Part shown: positions 58,453 to 64,000 of the stretch, in pieces | Numbering within the stretch: the stretch's first letter is position 1 | Layout: each line of letters opens with the position of its first letter | Assembly: GCA_963711565.1 (NCBI GenBank) | Contig: CAVQEQ010000001.1 | Location: 896,001 to 960,000 of the forward strand | Reading direction: 5' to 3' | Length of the DNA: 64,000 bases | DNA from: an uncultured delta proteobacterium | Lineage (GTDB): Bacteria; Desulfobacterota; Binatia; Binatales; Binataceae | The notes under the pieces: generated by a model | What the model saw: the letters and a program-made list of their open reading frames with translations, nothing else | Database searches by the model: none | Told to the model about the DNA's origin: nothing | Made by a program: the position numbers and the translations under genes

Positions 58453-58931
58453 CGATCGCCTTCGAGCGCAACGGCATGCAGTTCGATTTCCGCGCCAGCG
58501 GGATCGCGATTCACCGCGGCCATGTCCTCCTGGTCCGCATCGAGCGGTACCCCTTCTGGTTTCTGCCCGGCGGTCATGTCGAAATCGGCGAACTCGCCGA
58601 CGCCGCGATGATACGAGAGATGCGCGAGGAGACCGGCCTGGACATAAAAATCGATCGCATCGTCTGGGTGGTCGAGAACTTCTTCACGCTCGACGGCAAA
58701 CGCCATCAAGAGCTCGGCTTCTACTATCTGGTCACGCCACCGTCTGGCGCGCCTCAGCTCGATCTCAGCAAGGAATTCTACGGCACAGAAGAAAACGGCA
58801 CGCCGCTGATCTTCCGATGGCATCGCCTCGACGCGCTCGCCGATCTCAATATATTCCCCTCGTTTCTGAGAGCAGGTCTAACCGCGCTGCCTGCTTCAAT
58901 CAGTCACCTCGTTCAAAACGATCTGCCCTGA
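58449..58931 (+). CDS. NUDIX hydrolase
   Basis: LPGGHVEIGE...REMREETG Nudix box. Confidence 0.9.
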   Translation: MTIAFERNGMQFDFRASGIAIHRGHVLLVRIERYPFWFLPGGHVEIGELADAAMIREMREETGLDIKIDRIVWVVENFFTLDGKRHQELGFYYLVTPPSGAPQLDLSKEFYGTEENGTPLIFRWHRLDALADLNIFPSFLRAGLTALPASISHLVQNDLP

Positions 58932-59065
58932 CTTTTCCGGTCAGGATTTACCCACTCCTACTAAAGAATGAGTGCAATAACTTGACGTAAGCGAGCCTCC
59001 GTGAGAGCCTGCCGCGCCTTGACACAGGCGCTGACTTCTTGGCCCTGATTGGTCATGGAGGATAG

Positions 59066-60346
59066 ATGACAAACCGGAACCTGAGCACCGTGGTCGCGAC
59101 TGCGACGCTGGCATTCACAATTTTCATCTCGTCGCCCGCGACGCGCGCCGACGACGATTCGGAAGTCGGATCGTCCCCCGACGCCGCGATCACACTGTCG
59201 AATTTTCAGGCGGCGGTGGTTATCGGGCAGCCCGATTTCTCCAGCAGCATGGTCAACCAGGGGATAGCGGAGGGCAGCGCTGCAGCTGATACCATCTGTA
59301 ATGGTTATGGGGCCGCTGCTGTTGGGCCGACGGGCGTGCTCTATCTTAGCGATGAGTGCAATCAGCGTGTGCTCGGTTTCACCGGAATTCCATCATCCAA
59401 TGACGCCGACGCGGATTTCGTGCTCGGCCAGCCGGATTTTACCACGACCGGCCAAGCCAACGGGGCTAACCAGTTCGGCGGACCTCAATCGCCAGTCATC
59501 TCCGGCAAGGAGCTCCTGGTCTCCGACTGGTACAACAGCCGTATCCTCATATGGAAGACCGCTCCGACGACGACTCAGGCTCCCGCGAACATCGTGGTCG
59601 GCCAGGCTAAATTTGGCACTCGGACGGACGCCTGCAGCGCTAAGGGCCTCGACGCTCCCGAAACTATTTCGGTCGGCGGCGGAAAACTGGTCGTGGCCGA
59701 TTCCGATAACGCTCGCGTGCTCATCTTCAAAAAGATTCCCAAAAAGAACGGCCAAAAAGCGGATATCGTCCTCGGCCAGAAAAATTTCAAGACCTGCGTC
59801 GAACTCAACAACGGCGAAGGAGCAACGGGTTCGCCGACCGCCGCTAACTTCAGTTATCCCGCGGGAATTTGGACCGACGGAAAAAGGATTGTCGTCACCG
59901 ACGAAGATGAAAATCGGGTTTTGATTTGGACCAAGTTCCCGAAAAAGAATTTTCAGCCGGCCGATATCGTCCTCGGACAACCAGACTTCACCTCTGACGT
60001 CGTAAACAACAACAGCTCGGGCGGTTCGGGACTGCCGAGCGCAAAGAACATGAACATGCCTTATGACGGCGTGTTCAGTAACGGCACCCAGCTCTTCGTT
60101 GACGATCAGGAAAACAACCGCATTCTGGTTTGGAACACCTTCCCGACCGCGAATTTCACGCCCGCCGATGTCGTGATTGGCCAGCCGAACTTCACCTGCG
60201 GTGTCGCAAACAACGATGGCTCAGGATGCACCTCGGGCACGGCATCCGCCAGCAATCTCAGCCAGCCGACCGGGGTCTTCCAAATCAACAACCAGCTCAT
60301 TGTAACCGACGGCAATAGCCGGTACCTGATTTACAACGGCATGTAG
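59066..60346 (+). CDS. Secreted NHL-repeat beta-propeller protein
   Basis: Signal peptide; six V(I/L/V)GQ..F repeats and N.R(V/I)L(I/V)W motifs. Confidence 0.8.
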   Translation: MTNRNLSTVVATATLAFTIFISSPATRADDDSEVGSSPDAAITLSNFQAAVVIGQPDFSSSMVNQGIAEGSAAADTICNGYGAAAVGPTGVLYLSDECNQRVLGFTGIPSSNDADADFVLGQPDFTTTGQANGANQFGGPQSPVISGKELLVSDWYNSRILIWKTAPTTTQAPANIVVGQAKFGTRTDACSAKGLDAPETISVGGGKLVVADSDNARVLIFKKIPKKNGQKADIVLGQKNFKTCVELNNGEGATGSPTAANFSYPAGIWTDGKRIVVTDEDENRVLIWTKFPKKNFQPADIVLGQPDFTSDVVNNNSSGGSGLPSAKNMNMPYDGVFSNGTQLFVDDQENNRILVWNTFPTANFTPADVVIGQPNFTCGVANNDGSGCTSGTASASNLSQPTGVFQINNQLIVTDGNSRYLIYNGM

Positions 60347-60443
60347 TCGAATTTCACGCGCCGATTCGTCTCCGGCGCCGCCGCCACCGCTCGATCCACC
60401 AGATGACACGCGAGCCGACGCTCTACGCCTCTTCGTCTGTCGT

Positions 60444-61049
60444 TCATTCGCCGAGCGGCTTCGCGACGCACAGTCCGTCCATAAGCAGTCGCCACACGTC
60501 GTTGTACGCGGCTTCGATCGCTGGGTCAGCCCACTCGGCAGCGTGTGCCGGGTGATGAAACCGGGACGTGGCGAAGAGCACCGCCCGGCCGGCGGCCACA
60601 GGGTCGACGGTGCGGAACGTACCTTCCTTGACACCGGACCGGATGACCATCGCGGCCAGCCCGATCAACTCTTCGACGTGAGCGGTGGCGACGGACTGCG
60701 CGTCGGCCGCCAGCGTACGATAGGCGGCGAACAGCTCCGGGTCTTGGGATGCCCGGCGGCGTTTGACGGCGATCAGCGCATCGAACAGCCGCCGTAACCG
60801 CTGCTGGGCCGGGCCCGGCTTGGCGGCGATGGCTCGCAGCGGGGGCATGGTCGCCTCTGCCCACCGGCCGACGACCAGATCGCGCAGCTCGGCCTTGGTC
60901 GCCACGTGCCGGTACACTGCTGCGTGGCTCACTCCCAGAGCCCGGGCCACGTCCACTACGTTCGCCTTGGCCGGGCCGAACCGGCGGATGACGTCCTCGG
61001 CCGCGGCAAGGATCCGATCGCGAGTGAGCGGGGTGTCAGCGGAAGACAT
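60444..61049 (-). CDS. TetR-family regulator
   Basis: ILAAAEDV...VARALGVSHAAVYRH. Confidence 0.9.
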   Translation of the reverse strand: MSSADTPLTRDRILAAAEDVIRRFGPAKANVVDVARALGVSHAAVYRHVATKAELRDLVVGRWAEATMPPLRAIAAKPGPAQQRLRRLFDALIAVKRRRASQDPELFAAYRTLAADAQSVATAHVEELIGLAAMVIRSGVKEGTFRTVDPVAAGRAVLFATSRFHHPAHAAEWADPAIEAAYNDVWRLLMDGLCVAKPLGE

Positions 61050-61074
61050 GTGGACCTCTCAAGAGCTGCCGTGA

Positions 61075-61957
61075 TCAATGCGTCGGCGCGGCGGCGATGC
61101 CGTCCAGCTCCGCCAGGGTTTCGGGCGACAGCGTCAATTGCCCCGCGGCTAGGTTCTCGCGGAGGTGCGCGACCGACGACGTGCCGGGGATCAACAGGAT
61201 GTTGGCCGACCGGTGCAACAGCCACGCCAACGCGACCTGCATCGGAGTGGCCCCGCCGGCCCGCGACGGACGACAGGATGGACGACTGCAGCGGCGCGAA
61301 CCCGCCGAGCGGGAAGAACGGCACGTACGCGATACCCTGCCGGGCCAGGTCGTCGATCATAGCGTCGTCTTGGCGGTAGATCAGGTTGTAAGCGTTCTGC
61401 ACGCACACGATGCTGGTTATCGCTTGTGCCTCGGCCACCTGGGTCGCAGTGACGTTGCTCAGGCCGATGTGTCGGATCAGCCCCTTGCGCTGGAGGCTGG
61501 CCAGCACCGTCACCTGCTCGGCGATGGACCCCTCCTCGGGGCCGTGGCCCGACCCCATCACGCGGTAGTTGACAATGTCGAGCGCGTCCACGCCCAGGTT
61601 GCGGAGGTTGTCGTGGACGCCTGCGGTCAGCTCCTCGGGCGAGATAGCTCGTTGCCACGACTTGTCGGGAGGGCGGCGGCCCCCGAGCTTGGTGACGATC
61701 ACCATCCCGGTTGGGTACGGATGCAGAGCCTGCCGGATGGTCTGGTTGGTAACGTGCGGGCCGTAGTAGTCGCTGGTGTCGATATGGTTCACGCCGGCCG
61801 CAACGGCCTCGCGAAGGACTGCGACGGCACCGTCCGGGTCCCTAGGCGGCCCCCACACGCCGGGACCGGCCAGCTGCATGGCACCGTAACCCATGCGGTT
61901 CACAGTCAGCGAAGTCTTTGCGAACGTGAATCTTCCGCCGGGGCTGGTCGGGCTCAT
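61075..61957 (-). CDS. Aldo/keto reductase, with a 1-bp frameshift near 61255
   Basis: GYGAMQL, IDTSDYYG, HIGLSN, VQN.YN; C-terminus ATPMQVALAWLL...LIPGTSSVAHLREN lies in another frame ending at TGA 61075. Confidence 0.85.
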
Positions 61958-61995
61958 CGTAAGTTCCTCCGAGTGTTACAAGTTTCGATTTTGAA

Positions 61996-62895
61996 TCAGA
62001 TTTCGAGATTGTGCGCCCGTTCGAGATCCGCGATTAGCCCAGGGCCAACCGGGCGCCATCCGAGCCGCTCGCGCGTCAGCGCGCTGGACGCCGCAAGATC
62101 GATCATGGCGAGGTGCGCCATCCAGCCGAAGTACTTCGGCGCCTCCTCCGCTGTGATCGACTCGACCGGCATCTTCAATCGCGCACCGATCACCTCGGCG
62201 ATGTCGCGCAGGGCGACGCCCTCCTCGGCAACCGCATGGTAGCGCGCGCCTGCCTGGCCCTTCTCGAGCGCCAGCCGGTAAAGCCGGACGGCGTCGGAGA
62301 GGTGCACGGCCGGCAAGCGGTTCTTGCCCTCGCCGACATACGCCACCCGGCCCTGTTGCCGCGCCGTCTGGATATGAAGTGTGATCCGTCCCTGCTTGCT
62401 CGTGTCGTGCACCTGCGGCAGTCGCATCACCATCACGCGTCCGCCGCCCTTGGCGATCAGGGCCTCGGCCGCCTCCTCGGAGGCTGCGCGGGGAAACTCC
62501 GCCGAGCTGACGTGGTCGTCGGTCTCCACTGCGGGCGCGCCAGTCTTTGACCGGACGAGGCCCGTGCCGGAGGTGATGATGAGCGGCCGGTCTGATCCGG
62601 CCGGCACCTCGCCGAGCGTCTCGATGACTTTGCGGTCGTCCTCGCTGTTCTGCTTTAAGTTGGAGAAGTCGTGGTTGAAGGCCAGGTGAATCACAGCATC
62701 CGACTTGGCCGCTCCGCCTTTCAGACTTTCCAGGTCTTCGAGGGAACCTCGATGTACCTCGGCGCCGGCCGCGGCAAGAGACTTTGCTCCCGCCTCGGAT
62801 CGGGTAAGACCCAGCACCTGATAGCCTGCGTTGATCAGCTCGGGGACGAGGGCGCAACCGATAAAACCTGTAGCACCGGTAACAAAGACACGCAC
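61996..62895 (-). CDS. Atypical SDR / NAD-dependent epimerase
   Basis: VFVTGATGFIG, VIHLAFNHDF. Confidence 0.9.
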   Translation of the reverse strand: MRVFVTGATGFIGCALVPELINAGYQVLGLTRSEAGAKSLAAAGAEVHRGSLEDLESLKGGAAKSDAVIHLAFNHDFSNLKQNSEDDRKVIETLGEVPAGSDRPLIITSGTGLVRSKTGAPAVETDDHVSSAEFPRAASEEAAEALIAKGGGRVMVMRLPQVHDTSKQGRITLHIQTARQQGRVAYVGEGKNRLPAVHLSDAVRLYRLALEKGQAGARYHAVAEEGVALRDIAEVIGARLKMPVESITAEEAPKYFGWMAHLAMIDLAASSALTRERLGWRPVGPGLIADLERAHNLEI

Positions 62896-62906
62896 GACTA
62901 CTCCTC

Positions 62907-63827
62907 CTATTGTGCGGGAACCGTCGCCAGCAAGGCGCGTGTCTCGGCGACGACGCGATCCTGGAACTTCGGATCGCGCACGAGCGGGGAACCGAGCATC
63001 GGGTGGCCGCCTTCGTCGTAGTAGATGCCGGTCTGACCGGATGCATCGATCAGGACTTTGGTGGCAACGCGCCCGGCCCGCTTAGGGGTGCTCCAATCCT
63101 TCATGAAGGGCGCGATCAACGGAAGGATGTATTTCAACAAGAAGCGCATGAGGACGTTGGACCCGCGTTCGAGGCCTGTGTTCGGTATAAAGCCCGGTTC
63201 GAGCGCGTTGAAGCGTAACCGTGGAGTCTCACGGGCGAACGCCATCGCCGCGGCAAGATTGGCCTGCTTCGACGTGGCGTAAGCGTCAAAGCCCGTTTGC
63301 GTGGCGCCGCCCGGTTTCCACTCGCCGCGCGCGCTCGCCTCCGCAGAGATATAGCGACCGCCGCGGAAGCCGACAGCCTTGGCGAGCTTGCGCTCGGGAT
63401 CTTCTACGGCGGAGGCGACGAAGACGACGTTCGCACCATCGGGGAGATGCGGCACGAGCGCTTCGGTCAATGCGAACGGTCCGAGGTGGTCGGTTGCGAA
63501 GGTCAGGTCCCAGCCGATCGCGTTCTTCGTGGGACGCATCTGCCCGCCGATGCCCGCGTTGTTGAGGAGGCCGGCGATCGCAAGATCAAGCGCGATAATT
63601 TCCGCAGCCGCGCGCGCCACGCTCGCCGGATCAGACAAGTCGCACACGACCGAAACCGCGTGCTGTCCTTTTTGCTCGATGGACCTCTGCACCTCGTCGA
63701 GCTTTCGGCGGTCTCCGCCGACCAGGACGACCGTGCCGTGCTTGGCCAATTCGAATGCAGTGTTGCGACCGATGCCGGAGGTCGGTCCGGTCATGATGTA
63801 CGCCTTTCGATCTGAAGGATTTTCCAA
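62907..63827 (-). CDS. SDR oxidoreductase
   Basis: TGPTSGIG, LNNAG, YATSK. Confidence 0.88.
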   Translation of the reverse strand: MENPSDRKAYIMTGPTSGIGRNTAFELAKHGTVVLVGGDRRKLDEVQRSIEQKGQHAVSVVCDLSDPASVARAAAEIIALDLAIAGLLNNAGIGGQMRPTKNAIGWDLTFATDHLGPFALTEALVPHLPDGANVVFVASAVEDPERKLAKAVGFRGGRYISAEASARGEWKPGGATQTGFDAYATSKQANLAAAMAFARETPRLRFNALEPGFIPNTGLERGSNVLMRFLLKYILPLIAPFMKDWSTPKRAGRVATKVLIDASGQTGIYYDEGGHPMLGSPLVRDPKFQDRVVAETRALLATVPAQ

Positions 63828-63907
63828 ACCGGTCCTCGGCGTATCTTCCTCTACTTAGTGCGTTGCTCGTTTCCGAATGCCGACGAGACTAAGTGTACAC
63901 GATTCAG

Positions 63908-63936
63908 TTACAGAAATCAAATATTGAAATCCGTAA
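63908..63936. promoter_or_regulatory. Imperfect palindrome, candidate TetR operator
   Basis: TTACAGAAATCAAATATTGAAATCCGTAA upstream of the SDR-SDR-AKR-TetR unit. Confidence 0.45.
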
Positions 63937-64000
63937 GTTGAACGAGCGCGGGCGCTTTGGCAAAACTGTGTCCCGCGAGGCGTAGGTGAGGGCGTCCGCT

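Overview
GC-rich bacterial chromosomal segment. Gene content and style suggest a soil lineage such as Candidatus Binatia, which is an inference only. Most of it is housekeeping: Rrf2/sulfite reductase/cysH, asnS, trxA, a PpiD-like foldase, mreBCD-mrdA-rodA, amt, ilvE, pcnB, tRNA-Val(CAC), amrB, an rlmD-like methyltransferase, a large NAD-GDH and nagA/anmK. Several accessory inserts are present. (i) A ~6.3-kb block carrying an N4/N6 MTase, a NotI-like REase with an apparent catalytic Asp->Asn, a GT39-type glycosyltransferase, an SDR and amt, bracketed by a duplicated terminator. (ii) A 1.36-kb integrase-less mini-island at tRNA-Val with a PRTase and an overlapping partner gene. (iii) An orphan bufferin-like precursor, a Met-rich secreted protein and an MsrPQ-like pair. 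(iv) A Phd/RelE TA module. (v) A TetR-AKR-SDR block. The most unusual signal is not a gene. Several intergenic REP/MITE-like hairpin repeats are flanked by coding sequence with strand-specific loss of G at synonymous sites (for example 10 of 24 Leu codons are CTA, and Val uses 7 GTA and 0 GTG, in 3629-4123), suggesting localized strand-biased hypermutation halos. Three genes have single-base frameshifts that are probably assembly errors. No CRISPR array, rRNA, integrase or intact transposase was seen.
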